A stretch of DNA of 63,945 nucleotides, the filler included, from Reclinomonas americana ATCC 50394 (Eukaryota): the NCBI GenBank assembly GCA_048213135.1. It is 15 parts of 15 records of this genome, joined end to end, with 100 filler letters (N's around TTAATTAATTAA, not from the genome) between each part and the next. Parts side by side here need not be neighbours in the genome. Positions count along the whole stretch, not along the records: positions 37,591 to 41,884 come from AFZH01021364.1; positions 41,985 to 45,059 come from AFZH01021365.1; positions 45,160 to 47,647 come from AFZH01021366.1; positions 47,748 to 53,950 come from AFZH01021367.1; 11 more parts are not named here. One strand, 5' to 3'. The position numbers were made by a program, and so were the translations under genes. Below are positions 38,873 through 52,273 of the stretch, piece by piece (within the stretch, counting starts at the first letter, position 1; each line of letters begins with the position of its first letter). The notes under the pieces were generated by a model that did not search any database, was not told the DNA's origin, and saw nothing but the letters and a program-made list of their open reading frames with translations.

Positions 38873-41800
38873 ATGATGCGACCTCCGCCGCCACCGCCGC
38901 CACACCAACGATCGGCCTCATTATCCTCGGCCTCCGCAGCAGCACCAGCACCACCACCCGTCGCACCAGCAGCCGAGCAAGTCGCCGACATGGCCGCCTC
39001 TGCTCCTCCTCCTCCTCCCACCGCACCACCTTCCGCCGCCGCCACTGCTGGCGTGTCATGGCCGCGACCGCCTCCTCTGCGCCACCCGCCCCACCACGCG
39101 TACTCTCACAGCGAGCACGAGCCTCAGTCTCCGAGCAGTCGAGTTCCGCCGCCTGTGCCGCCTCCGCGCTCCTCACGCCCGCCGCCACCGCCGCCTCCAC
39201 CGCTGCGCAGTAGGCAGAGTGTGGCTGTCATGGTATGCGCGTGTGTGTGTCGGGTCAATACATTTTCTCATGTGTGTCTAGTCTTGTGGTGTTCTCGCAC
39301 ACACGCGCGCGTGCGTATGTGTCTGTCTGTCTGTCTATTGAGTGTGTTGCGCGCGTGTGTGTGTCTTGTTGTCTTTCTGTGCGTGCGCATTTTGTGATCT
39401 TTTCTTCTCGCTTGCGTGTCCGTGTGATTCTTCTCCTCTCACTCTCCCCGCTCTCTTTGCTCTCTCTTCCTGTGCGCATGTTTTCCGCCATTCCGCGACT
39501 CCTTGTGCACTTCTTACATTCCGAGTGCATTTTGTGCCGAATGGTCACCAATACCACACACGCGCTCTTCGTCACTCTCTCTCTCTTTCATCATCATCCA
39601 CCCTGCGCATGTATTGCCTTGTTCCCGTGTGTGTTTCGTGCGTGTTTGCTCACAGTCCGTGCTTCATTTCAGGCGTCGCCTCTTCCGCCAGTCGTCGTGC
39701 AGGAAGAGCCGTCACCACCACCACCGCCAGCACCTCCAGAGGAACCGGAGCCTGTCACTGTTGCTGTTGTAGCTGTTGTGCACGAGCAACCGCCGCAGCC
39801 GCAGGAGCCGGAGCCGGAGCCGGAGGTGGTGGAGGAGGTGATGGAAGCGGAGAAAATCACCGAGGTGCATGTGCCGGTGGAGGAGCACCCGCAAGAGGAA
39901 CAGGAGCAGGAACAGGAGGTGCACTACGCTGAGCCAGTCGCAGTGGAGCCTGCGCCTGTGGAACCTGAGCAGGAAGAGGCAGCGCCTGCTGCGCCATCCT
40001 CATCTTCATCCTCATCATCATCCTCATCCTCATCGTCTGCGTCACCTGTTCCGGTTGAAGCGGAGCCGGCGCCGCATGGTGAAGACGACGAGGAGGAGAG
40101 GCAAGAGGAGGAGGAGAAGGAGGAGGAGAAGGTAGTGGCGCTGCCAGAAGAGCCAGTTGCCGAAGCCGTTGTGGTGGAGACGGTGGAGGTAGTGGAGGAG
40201 GAGGACAGTGATGACGACGAGGGATTGGTGCCGCCGTCGCCACCGTTGGTCGCCGCACCTCCGCTTATTCCGCCGCCACCACCACCTCGTATGTTTGTTC
40301 CTGTGGAGCAGCCAGTGTCGACGCTGCCACCACCGGTGCGCTTGATGGTCGTGAATGATCTGGACATGCTGAGTTTGCTGCCGGCTGCGAATCGTGTCGG
40401 CGCCGGCAGGGAGAGTGTGGAGATTCTCATGACGGGGCGTCGCGAGTCACACCCGATGCTCGCCACCCGCGCGCCACAGTATCAGTCGGATGACAGTGAC
40501 ACTGGTGAGTGCATGCGCTTTGTTTTCGTGCTCAACGCTTATCGCTGTGTCTCATGATGGTGGTTCAAGAAGACGACGATGACGACGACGATTCAGGTGC
40601 GATGAGTTCACCGGTGACGCCGAGTGCGCTGGTGGTGGAGACGCCAGAGGCCCGTCGCCAGTCATGGTACTTTCAGACGAACCCCGCCGCCATGCTGCAG
40701 CTGCAGTCTGCCATTGGCGACGTTGGCGACCCTGCTGTGGATCGCGGTGCGTGCTCCATTGTGTGTGCTGTGCCTTTCAGTCCTTTTACTTATTTCCTTC
40801 TCCGTTCCAAGCAGCTCTCGAGTCATACCAAGCTCGTCCGCCGCCGCCCCAGTCAAGACCACCTCCACCGCCGCCTCCGGCCAATGCCAAACCGCAACGT
40901 TCCATGTCACAAATCAGTGATTTTGATCCAACACCACCAGCCGTGCCCCCGAGACCGGCCGCCAAGACCGTGTCGTCGGTGGCTCCCGTGCCACCCCCTC
41001 GGCAGCCGACCATGTCGCCGCCGCCTGTATCTTCGCCGCAATCCACCACACCCACGACGCCCACTTCACCCGAACCCGTTCGGGCTGCAGAGGTGCACAC
41101 CCCACCGCCCTCTGTGCCGTGTCCGGTCGCTTCCTCTCCAGCGCCAGCACCTATTGTAGCACCTGTACAAGCACCAGCACCCGTACCAGCACCAGCACCA
41201 GCGCCAGCGCCAGCACCTGGTTTGTCAGCCGCATGGCGTGTCAGACACATCAGTGTGATTACTTATTGACCTCCCCTCTTCATAGCCCCCGAGCCAGCAT
41301 CGTCAGTGTCGCGCCTTCGCAGCATGTTTGAGAGCAAGCCGGCTGCGCCGGCGGTACCACCACCGCGCCCCGTGCCGAACAAGCTCAACCCAGGCATTCT
41401 CGCCACGGCAGTACCCGTACAACCGTCGCCCACGGCTTCCGGTCGGCCACCACCACCACCGAGACCACAAATGGCTGCGCCTCCAGTGCCTCCACCCAGC
41501 AGCGAGACGGCGACTGTGCCGCAGCCGGAGGCCCCGTCTCCTGTTGCCGAGCCTGTCCCCGACTCGAAGCCGTCGGCTGTTGCGCTGCCGTCTATCGCCG
41601 CCGCCATGGCATCCGCTGTCAGCGTGGGCTTTGCGGTGGCGGCTCAACCGCCGGCCGCTGCGTCGCCGACGGCGGCGGCAGAGGGCGACGCGAGCACGGA
41701 CGCTGCTGCCTCTCCAACGCTCCCACCGTCGTCAGCAGAGGAGCCGGAGGCCAGCGCACCGGCGGCAACGCAAACGGCGGTCACGGACGACCAGCAGCAG

Positions 41801-44800
41801 GCACAAGACGACGCCGAAGTGGAGGTCGTGTCGCCGGTGCCGCAGACCGGCATGTCGCTGTCCGATGTGTTTGCCACGGCCGCTNNNNNNNNNNNNNNNN
41901 NNNNNNNNNNNNNNNNNNNNNNNNNNNNTTAATTAATTAANNNNNNNNNNNNNNNNNNNNNNNNNNNNNNNNNNNNNNNNNNNNGCGTTTTGGCTGACGC
42001 TCGAGGTGATGCGTAGTTGAGCGCCGAGAAAAGCATCGAGCGCATGTGCTGAAGGAGATTCGTGACACCGAGGACAACTACGTCAAGAGCCTGCAATTGG
42101 TCGACGAGGTGTGTATGTGTGTGGGTGAGGGGGAGTGACAAAGAGTGGGCGAATGGGTGGCTGAGTGCACCTCCACATCGCAGCTCCTTCACAAGGCGTT
42201 CTCCGACTGGGCCTCGATCGGCATGCAGTTTGGCAATCTCGCCATCACACCGCAGATTGTACGCGACATTTTCTCCGATCTGAAGGTAGGAGGAGTGTGC
42301 ACATTGTTGGCGTGAGAGAGAGGGCACTTTTCCTCACGATGCACCCACGCAGGTTATCCTCAACGTCAATCGTCGTCTCCGTGACGATCTGTTGTCGCAC
42401 GACGACCCCACTGGACTGGCCACCGGGCAAGTTTTCGTCACCATGGTGCGTCGTAAGCTAAATTTGCGATTTTCCGGTCTCTCTCGTCAATCGCTAACTC
42501 GCTCTCCTCCGTCGCAGGCTCCGTATCTGAAGACCTACTCGACCTACTGCAAGAACTACGACACGTCACTGTCGAGACTCGCGTTGCTGAAGAAGAACCC
42601 CGAGTACTGTGCCACCGTCTCGGTTTGTGCACACTTTCTCGTTGCTTGTAAGGCTGGTTGTTCTTACCGCGCCGCGCCACAGCAAATTGAGCGTGATCCT
42701 CGGTTCCGTGGACTCGATCTGTCTGCGTACCTGATCATGCCGATCCAGCGCATTCCGCGTTACCTACTGCTTCTCGGTGACCTGTACAAGCACATGCCGA
42801 ATTACCTGCGCGAAGCCCGCGAAATGGTGAACAAGGCGCTGACAGCGATTCGCGAGGTCGCCGGGCATCTCGATTCGAGCGTCAAGGCCGCCGAGAGTGT
42901 CCTCAAGGTGGCCGCCATCCAGGAGCAGCTCAGCGGTCTCACGGTGCGTTCTCACTTTAACGCACACACACAGAGCGATCGGTGTGGTGAATGAGCTGAC
43001 TTGCATTTCCGATGCCACAGGAGCAACTCTTCCAGCCGCATCGTCGCTTTGTGCGCGAGGGCACACTCTATCGGTGGCCGGTGGCTCGCGGATCAGCAGC
43101 CACTGCAGCCTCGTCGACATCACCACCACCAGAAACCGAAAAGTTGTGTGTCGACACACTGCACTGTGTTTCCTTTTTGCATCGCTCACTCAACATTTCA
43201 TGCTCCGTGCGTGCAGGACTGAAAAGACGCGCCTGCGCTTCTTCCTCTTCAACGATCTGCTTCTGTTTGCGAGCAAGGCGCTCGGTCGACTGCAGTATCG
43301 CGGTTCGCTGATGCTGACGCCCACGTCAACGGTTATCGATGACGAGCCGTCGTATGCACCTCGCGAGGCCCGCGACATGGGCGCGTTTTGTGTGCGTCCT
43401 GTGAAGGGTGCCGAGGGCGACACGCTGGTTATTGCGCACGAGGAACGCGATGAGACGCTGGCGTGGAGAGCCGACATTGAGACGACGATCGAGCAGAATA
43501 GTGCCGAGTCCTCCAAGGCCGTCACCATGGAGGATCGTCGCAAGACCAAGTTTCGTGCAGGGATAATGGGGGTAGGAAAAGGGAGGCAGTGTCTCACCTG
43601 CGCCTGTTTCCTTTGCAGGGTGGCCAAGCAACAAGCGACGTTCGACACGACGCTGGATGTCGCGCTGCAGACCAAGGACACGACGAGCACGATGAGCATT
43701 GAGGATGCCATCAGCGTGCTGTTGCACGGTGCGCCGCTTCTCAAGTTCCCGCGCACGGGCGCACCGCAATTCCGCGAGTTCTCCGTTGCGTGTGCATTCG
43801 AAGCCAGGAAACAAGTTGCTGCAAACTCACCTCCTCTACAGTTGTCCCCGAATCGCCGCTTCCTGAACTGGGCGACGACGAAGAAGGGCAAGAACAGCAC
43901 TGTGGACCTGTTGCAGGTGGAGCGTCTGATTGAGGGGCAACATACACAAGTGTTCCGCAAGCATCGCGACCCGAATCTGGAGAAAGTGTGCTTCTCGCTC
44001 GTGCTTCGTGATCGGTGAGCGAGGGGAAAAGGAGTAGTAGTCGACAAGGAGTTGTGTGCTCATTGCGTATTGTGTGGTAGGACTGTGGACATTGCGTGCA
44101 AGGATCGCAGCGAGTACGACATTTGGCTTTTCGCGCTGGTGCATCTGATTCGCTTCTGGAAGGCGTCACCCGATGCGAATGAGGCTGCACGGATCTTCGA
44201 GTCGGGTGGCCGATTCGACTCGCCGCTGTCGGCCTCGTCGCCAGTATCGGCGCCGGGCACACCGAAGGCAGGGGTGCGTCGTATCCCCGAAGGGAGATTT
44301 GTACGTTTTGACTGGCTCACTGTGTGGTTGGCAGGAGATGACACGGGAGCGCGGAGCATCTGCCTCTGGCGGCAAGTCGCAGACCTCGACGCTGACCAAG
44401 GCCTTTGAGAGTTGCGTGCTCCGGTCTATGCCGTGTCGCGCGCCTTGTCGAATGTGCACTCATTGCATCCTCTCTTTTTTCCACATAGACATGATGGACA
44501 TTTACTTGTGGGGCCAAGGCGAGTCGGGAGCACTCGGCAATGGCCGTGAACAGGACTCGACAATCCCGCTGGTCGTCAAGGACTTTTTGTTCCTCGAGGC
44601 GCAGTCGGTGGCGTGTGGATCGCAGATTGCCGGCGCCTGCACAAGTTGCGTCTCTGCGTGGGTCGTTGGTAAGGCATGGGTTGTCTGCTCACTCTATGAT
44701 TTCGTGCAGGAACCGGCCAGCTGTTCACGTGGGGCAGTGGACGCAGTTACCGACTTGGTCACGGCGACATTGAGAGCCAGTTCCGACCAGGTGCGAGAGA

Positions 44801-44964
44801 GGGGCGAAGGAGAAGGGGAAGGGGAGAGGGAGGGAGAGAAGGGGAATGGGAGGGAGGGAGAAAGAAGGAGGAGAAGGACAAGAAGAGCAACAACAAGAAG
44901 AAGAAAGAAAGAAAGGAGAGGGAAGGAGAAAGAAAGGAAGAAAGGAGTGGACACAGCGTGCTTG

Positions 44965-45059
<95 letters not shown>

Positions 45060-46680
45060 NNNNNNNNNNNNNNNNNNNNNNNNNNNNNNNNNNNNNNNNN
45101 NNNTTAATTAATTAANNNNNNNNNNNNNNNNNNNNNNNNNNNNNNNNNNNNNNNNNNNNACCGATGGTGTCGGAGGGTGGTACGTGACTGCGTCGCATGT
45201 TTGCACTCTGTAAGTGTGCGTGTTTGAAATCTCACTTTTGTTCCCGTCGCAGGCTCGAAGACAGTGGTGGCGCCGGTGGAAGTCACTGCTCTCAGCGGCC
45301 ATCGCATTGCACACATTGCCGTGGGTGACTGGCATAATGCGGTGTTGACGAGTTGCGTGCGTGGGAGAAGGATAGAGAAACAGGTTGTATTAGTGCCACC
45401 CACTGCGTCTGAGAGCGCGAGAGTTCATCGTGACAGCTAAACTAGAATAACTTGCTTGTGGTTGAGCAAGTGGGTGCATTTTCAACTGCTGGGGTGTGTT
45501 TCCGAGTCTGACAGAGAGAGAGAGAGAGAGAGAGAGAGTGAGTATGAGTGAGCGTGTCGAGAAGAGCCAGAGAATGAGTGAACACACAGCATTTAGAGCT
45601 TAAAAGCGTACATGTGAAGTCTGTGAGTGGTCGCGTTATTCGTGTGAGCGCGCTGTGCTGCTCTCTGTCTTCGCCACTCACATTTTCTTGCCGCCATCAC
45701 AGGCGACTATCGTGTGTTCACGTGGGGCGCCGGCTCGGAGGGCCAACTCGGTCACGACATGCAGCCACTGCACGACATTTCGCAGCCGACTGAGGTGCAG
45801 CAGTTGTCGGAGTGGGGCAAGCGCATCAAGCGACTGGCCTGCGGAACGTGGCACACAGTGGCTCTCGATGGTGAGTCGCACCACCCTTCCCCTGACGCAT
45901 GTGTGTGTGGATGTGCTTACTTATTTGTTCGCTCGTGCAGAGGACGGCCTGGTGTTTGTGTGGGGAAGTGGCTCGTTCGGTCAACTGGGCGTGTTGGTGT
46001 GCGACTCGCGCGACGTGCCGATTTGCGAGGAGCTGGTCGTGCCGACGCCGATTGTGCTCGAGTTTTTCCAACGACACAACATCATCGTGGATGAGGTGGC
46101 GTTGTCCTTGATTTGTCTGTTTGTGTCATCGTTCATGCCTTGATCCTCACCCATTTATTGCCACCAACAGGTGGCATGCGGCAGCTGCCACACCGTGGTG
46201 CTTTCGCGCAACGACTGTGTGTACACCTTCGGCAACAATATGTACGGTCAGGTTGGTGCCGGCTGCCACAAGCAGCGCGGCGAGGATGTGTACGAGAATT
46301 TGTGGCTGCCGATTCCGGTGATTTTGGATCCAACAATTCCAGGGTGCGTTAGGGGAGAAGGGGAAGACAAGGAGGAAGAGAGGGAAGAGGAGGAGAAGAG
46401 AAGAGGAGAGCAGACTGCGATTTGAGTGAAAGTGAGGAGTGGGAATGGGGAGAGACGCGATAGATCAAGGGGAAGAGTGGTTTGTGAGTGTGTGCAGTGA
46501 TAGGAAGGGGAAATATGAATGAGTGCAGAGAGTGAGTGAGCGTGAGCGAGTTTGCGAGTGTGCGCAGTGAGAGGAAGAGAAAGTATGAGTGAGTGCAGAG
46601 AGTGAGTGAGAGGGAGTGTGTGAGAGGGGAGTTTAGGGAGAGAAGGAGGAGACGAGAGAGAACTGAGGAACGGGGACTGG

Positions 46681-46727
<47 letters not shown>

Positions 46728-47283
46728 GGTGGACGGAACTAGAACAGAATGAGATTAGAGTAACACGAGGCAGAGAGATTGTGAGCGAGTAAGTGCGTGA
46801 GCGAGTGACTGAGGGAGAGTGCAGATGAAGAAGACGATGAGAAAGAAAGTAGACGACTCACTTGGTGTTGTGAGCAGTGAGTGATTGTTCCTTGCGATTG
46901 TATGACTGAGTGAGCGATTGCACAATACGCAGGTTGCTGAACAACGAGCCGGCCATTGACATGACGTCCATGTGCAAGAGTGATGTGATGGCACGGCATC
47001 AAGGCATTTTGGCGCGCTACGTGCCGTTCACCGAATCGGTACCTCGTTCAGGAGCCAATTGTTGCGTCGTCCGTCCGTCTGTCCTGTACCTGCATGTTAC
47101 GGAATGTGGACTCACCCGTGCGGGTTTGTAGTTGAGGCAAATAGTTTTGATCGCGCTTCGCTGGGTATTCGGAGAGTACGCCAGGTTTCCTCGGGTGCCA
47201 ACCATACCATGGTGCTGGTGGATCTCAAGTCTGGCGAGCGAGTGGTGTTTGCTTGGGGATACGGATTGTATGGAAGACTCGGT
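38873..47283 (+). CDS. Pro/Glu-rich N-terminus + RhoGEF (DH-PH) + PLC-type PH + RCC1-repeat protein (partial, spans gaps)
   Basis: DH motifs HVLKEIRDTEDNYVKSL, YSTYCKNY, LSAYLIMPIQRIPRYLLLL; PH FFLFNDLLL; second PH GAPLLKFPRTGAPQFREF...EGQHTQVF...DIACKD; RCC1 repeats DIYLWGQGESGALG, VFTWGAGSEGQLGH, LACGTWHT, VACGSCHT, VSSGANHT. The link to the Pro-rich exons across the 41885 gap is inferred. Confidence 0.85.
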
Positions 47284-47747
47284 GAGTGCGGGAAGGAGAG
47301 AAAGGGGGTGACGGGAAAGAGATTGGGGCGAAGGTGCGACAAGTTAAGGGTGAGCGGAGTGAGAGCGGCGAGATGATTGTTATTGGTGTGAGTGCACGGA
47401 GTTGCATCGAGCGAGGGAGCGTTGGGACAGGGAAGTGAAGAGAGCACTTCAACAAGATGTGAAGCAATTCAGTGGTTCGTGAGTGGAGGGGGAATAGGCG
47501 CGGTGCAAGAAATAGAGGTGGAGAAAGCGTCAGCAAGAAATAGGAGCAATTGAGTCTCGATGAAAGCAATGCTATCCTCCTCTTTCTCTCTCTCTTTCTC
47601 TCTCTTCCCTCTCATTGCCCGTCACCCTCACCCCTTGCCCTCTCGCANNNNNNNNNNNNNNNNNNNNNNNNNNNNNNNNNNNNNNNNNNNNTTAATTAAT
47701 TAANNNNNNNNNNNNNNNNNNNNNNNNNNNNNNNNNNNNNNNNNNNN

Positions 47748-50700
47748 GTACAGCTATTATTGTTGTTCGGCAAATGATACAGTGGGGGTGGAAATGCGCG
47801 AGCGCGAGGAGTGCAGAGGAGCATCGAGTGCCGAATCGTCTGGCATCTGCAAATCCCCGGCCGACTGGTGACCAACTCGTGGCGGTTCTGCCTGGGCGGC
47901 AGCCGATGCCGTGATCTCCGAGGTGTGTCTGTTGAGCATGCGGGCGAGAGGGCCGCGACCAGCTGCGTGTGCGTGTGTGTGCAGAAGAACGATGAGTGAA
48001 TTGATAGAGGGAAGACGAAAACGGAGGGCGACGCAACGAGAAGGCAGGCGTGATCCTCTTGACATCATCGTCTCGGCCATGTACATGTGGTAGTTGGTTT
48101 GTGCGCGCTGCTGTGTGTACCACCTCTCCAGCGCCTTGTACTCGGAGTGCGGGGAGTTGAGGAAGTAGTCCACTCTGTGTGAAGGGGAAGAGGGGCGGAG
48201 TGAGGAGGAGAGGGAGAGGGAGAGGGAGAGGGAGAGGAGAGGGAGAGGGAGGAGAGAGAGAGCGCAATCTCTAATTTGCATTTCCACTCTCATTCTACGG
48301 TACGCAACTGAATCTGCGTCTTGGCCTCAGTGGCCGAGCTCGGGGTGAATTCAACTTCGCTGATCAAGCTCCGCTTGTAGCGCCCAATGGCATTGTCTCG
48401 CCGTTGATCCTGTTGAGGAGAGCAAGATGAGCTTGTGCGCGCTCACGGACAGCGCACTCCCTCCTCTGCCACGCACCTGTTCCGCAGCATCGAACGGCGA
48501 CAGATGGTTGACGTACACTTTCGGCGATGCAATAACAGACATGCCGGCGGCTGATGGGTCACCCAGGCGCTTCGGCACCATGTCGGGTGTGTTGAGAGAG
48601 ATCATGGCCTGCGCGGTGAGGAGATGAGTGGGGGACAGGGAGAGGAGAGGAACGGAGAGTGATAAGGACATGGAGAGGAAAGGAGAGGGGAGAGAGTGAC
48701 GACATAAAGGAAATGAGAAGAACTGCTGCAATCACAAACCTTGGCCTGCGCTGAATTCGACGGCGCAAACGGTGGTCGGTAATCCACTTGCGGATACCTC
48801 ACTGGCGACAGACTGCCTCGCTGCTCAATGAGTGCCGCCATGGCATCCGTGTCCCTGCGCGCACATCACAATGAGTCCGAGTCGCCCAACTGCATAACGA
48901 GAGAAAACATTTTTCGCAACTTATCCAACACGGCCTCCACAATGGCCGGGTCAAAGTTGGCCGCCGGCACCTCATCAATGGTGCGCGGCGTCATGGAGCT
49001 GAACCGCGGTGTCGCCACGTCCTCACTCGATTTGCGGGGAGTGGATCTGTGTGAGAGAGTGGTCGATTCAGTACACTTGCGCGCAAGTCCCTTTTCTTTC
49101 AAGGTAGACGCACTGCAACATGGGGCTGGCGTCCACGTATTGAGCGATGCGGTTGTGCGGGATGTTCTTGAGTCCAGGGAAGCGTTGTGTGAGCAGCTCG
49201 TCTTTGAAGAGGCCCTTGGAGCGCGTTCGTGGTGTGAGGACGCGCTGCAGGGCGCGGACGCCTATGGGGAAGGGGTAAGAAGGGGAAGGGAAGGGAAGGG
49301 AAGGGGAAAGAAGGGAAAAGGGAAAGAAGGGGAAGGGGAAAGAAGGGAAAGGGGAAGTAGAGGGGAAGGGGAAAGAAGGGGAAGGGGAAAGGAGGGGAAG
49401 TAGAGGGGAAGGGGAAAAGAAGGGAAAGGGGAAAGAAGGGAAAGGGGAAAGAAGGGGATGAGGGAGGGGAAGGGGAAACGAGGGGGAAGGGTGATGGGAG
49501 GAGGAGTGAGGGGAAGCGGGAAGTAAGAAGTGTGAATTAAGGGGACAGGAAGCTGGGAAAGGGGAAGGCAGGTGGGGTGAGGGGAAAGAGAAAGGAAAAT
49601 GAGGTGAAGGACGAATGTACATAAGTGACGGGTGGAAAGGGAAGCGTGAAAAACGACGATTGAGAGGGGGGAAGAAATAATAAAGGTATCAGAAGAGAGA
49701 AAAGCAGTGGCGAGAGTGGAGAGACACGGAAAGGATATAAATCAGCAACGCATGGGAAAGAGAGCGCTGAGTCGACACAAGAGTGCGAGAGGAGGCCACT
49801 CAAATGAGAAAACCCAGAAAGCGTCTCCTCACCTGCAAACCGCCCGCCCAAACACTGCGACTGCACCAACATGCGCTCTGTCACCGATCCACTCTCCGCC
49901 CCCGGCGGTACCACATCCAGCATCGCTGATCGCTCCGTCATCGATCCCAGCTGTGGTGTGCCGCGTCGCCGGCCGCTCGGCACCACAACGTTCTCCAGAG
50001 CGAGTGGTGGTACGGGAATAGGCTGCGCGGAGAGAGAGAGGTCAGTGGGGATAAAGGGGAGGGTGAAGGGAAAAGAAAAGAGAGGAAGGAAGGGATGCAC
50101 CCACAGAGAATAGAGAGAAGAATGAGGAGCCAGGAGACGAACGGATGACCCTCAGAACGTGCAAAGACGTGAGAGAGAGAACGGGAGAAATGGCCAGGAG
50201 TCGATCAGAGAGTGTACAGAGGAAGACGGTAGGGAAGAACAAGAGGCGAGGCTGCGCAAAGAACGCCTCTGAGAGAAAACTGAAGCCAGAAGGCGCCTAG
50301 CGCAGGCACACACCAACTTCACGATAATGAGGAGAGTGTGTGGATCCAGGAAAAGAGAAAGAGGGATGGGATGACCGAGAAGCGCACAGAGCTCGAGGAG
50401 GCGTGTGTGAGAGACCTGAAGTGAGATCCACAGCGCAGGCGCAACACAGTCTCTCAATGGAGAGAGATAAGAGTGCGCGGATCCAGGAGTCGAACAGCAA
50501 GAAGAGAAAGAGGGATGAGATGACCGAGAAGCGCACAGAGCTCGATGAAGTGCGTGTATGTGTGAGAGGGCTGGAAGCAAGAAGGTCCATAGCGCAGGCG
50601 CAACACAGTCTCTCGATGGAGAAAGAGTGTGCGGACCCAGGAGTCGAAGAGAACGAGGGATGAGATGACAGAGAAGCGCACAGAGCTCGAGGAGGCGTGT

Positions 50701-50756
50701 AAAAGAGAGCTGAAGCAAGAAGGTCTACAGCGCAGGCACAACACAGTCTCTCAATG

Positions 50757-50787
<31 letters not shown>

Positions 50788-51411
50788 GAAGAGAGAGAAA
50801 GAGGAAGAGAGAGAGAGAGAGCAAGGCACATGGGAGGCTCAAATCATGACACATACACATCATTCAGTCTCACCAAACGCCCAAAGAGGAGAGAGAGAGT
50901 GTGTATGTGTGTGCGCGCGCGTGAGAGAGAGAAAGCAGGAAGGCAACGATCACAAAACACATCAATCATCTCTCAATCACCCTCTCTCTCCATCTCTCCA
51001 CGCAACAGTAGTCACATTCAACGGCGGCTCCCCACCCATCGCATTCCTCGTCATGATCGGACTCAACGGCAAGCGCCGCACACCACGCACCGCCTCGGCC
51101 ACAAACCCCTCCGCCACAACCACCACCTGCTGTTGCGCAGGATCACTGCCCGTCACCGTCAACTGCGGAAGCACCATCTGTCGCCCACTCACACTGCGAC
51201 GCGCAGCTGCCGCGCGGCGACGCCCAAACCGCGGCGGCGATGAGGATGAGGGCGAGGAGGGGAGGAGATCGTGCGCGTGCGTGCCGTGGTGGTGACCGCT
51301 GGATTTGCCGCGACTGTCGTGCGTGCGTGTGTGTGAGTGGCAGAGAGCAGGCAGAGGCAACAGCAACAGCAGCGCGCGTAACATTTCAGTGGTGTGCAAC
51401 ACGAGATCCAT
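47748..51411 (-). CDS. Hypothetical multi-exon protein (3' truncated)
   Basis: Series of coding-like blocks bounded by GT-AG (51411-51007, 50023-49832, 49262-49080, 49030-48870, 48610-48477, 48175-48060); no family recognised. Confidence 0.55.
50340..50760. repeat. Intronic tandem repeat, three units of ~140-155 bp
   Basis: GAGAAGCGCACAGAGCTCGA...AGCGCAGGCRCAACACAGTCTCTCRATGGAGA occurs three times. Confidence 0.85.
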
Positions 51412-52273
51412 TGTGTGTGTGCGTGCTCCGAGAGCTGCTCGCAACTAATTGGTGGATCAGTGGTTTTCCACAGTTGCAATTGCGCCCGGAAGCGGAAACG
51501 GTGCGAATGAGATGCGGTGACTGATGAGTGGTGTGAATCTGACGTGTTGTTGTGGTATCCTAACGGGGGTGTGATCGTCGTGAGTGTGAGCGTGTGACGT
51601 GGTGCAGCGTGCTTTCTCGTCGTGCGCCTGGTGTGTTCGGATTGGCGAAATACTCTCATTCTAACGCAACGAGTTGTCCACTATATGGAGTTGCCGCGTG
51701 CCTTACTCTTTGCAAATATACCGGTGAGTGCTCGTGTGTTGCGGTGATTGATTCGAATATTGCAATAAACGCAACAATCGGCGCCGCCTGTTTGCCCAAT
51801 TGCAACCATCACCTGCGCGGCTCGTTGTGATTGCCGCATGCGCACTGTGTGTCATGCGGAATCCTCCCGAGCCGTGAGACGCAGGGTGTTGAGATCGACG
51901 TCGGTGCACGCACAGCGATACCGATGCACCGTATTTTTGTGCGCTGCGTTTCCGGACGTCAGTTTTCTGCTGGTCTCCGATGTTTAAATCCTCGTTTTGC
52001 TTCGCTCAAGTGGAGGGAGGAAGACAGGAGAGGAGGCAAGCTGGAGGACGTGTACTTGGAAGGGCGACGACAGATACCATCATCAGTGGCAACCACTCAA
52101 CTGCACCTCCGGATCTGCTTACTCCCCGACTTACTGTTTCCGTGATGTCTCAGCTGTTGTTGCTGTTGGATTAGTAAAGTTATTGTTGTTGCTGTTGGCG
52201 TACGGTCGTCGCCTGTCGGCAGTGTCACAAGAGCCCCTCTTCTCAACCACAACTTCACATAATCAAAAGTTCA

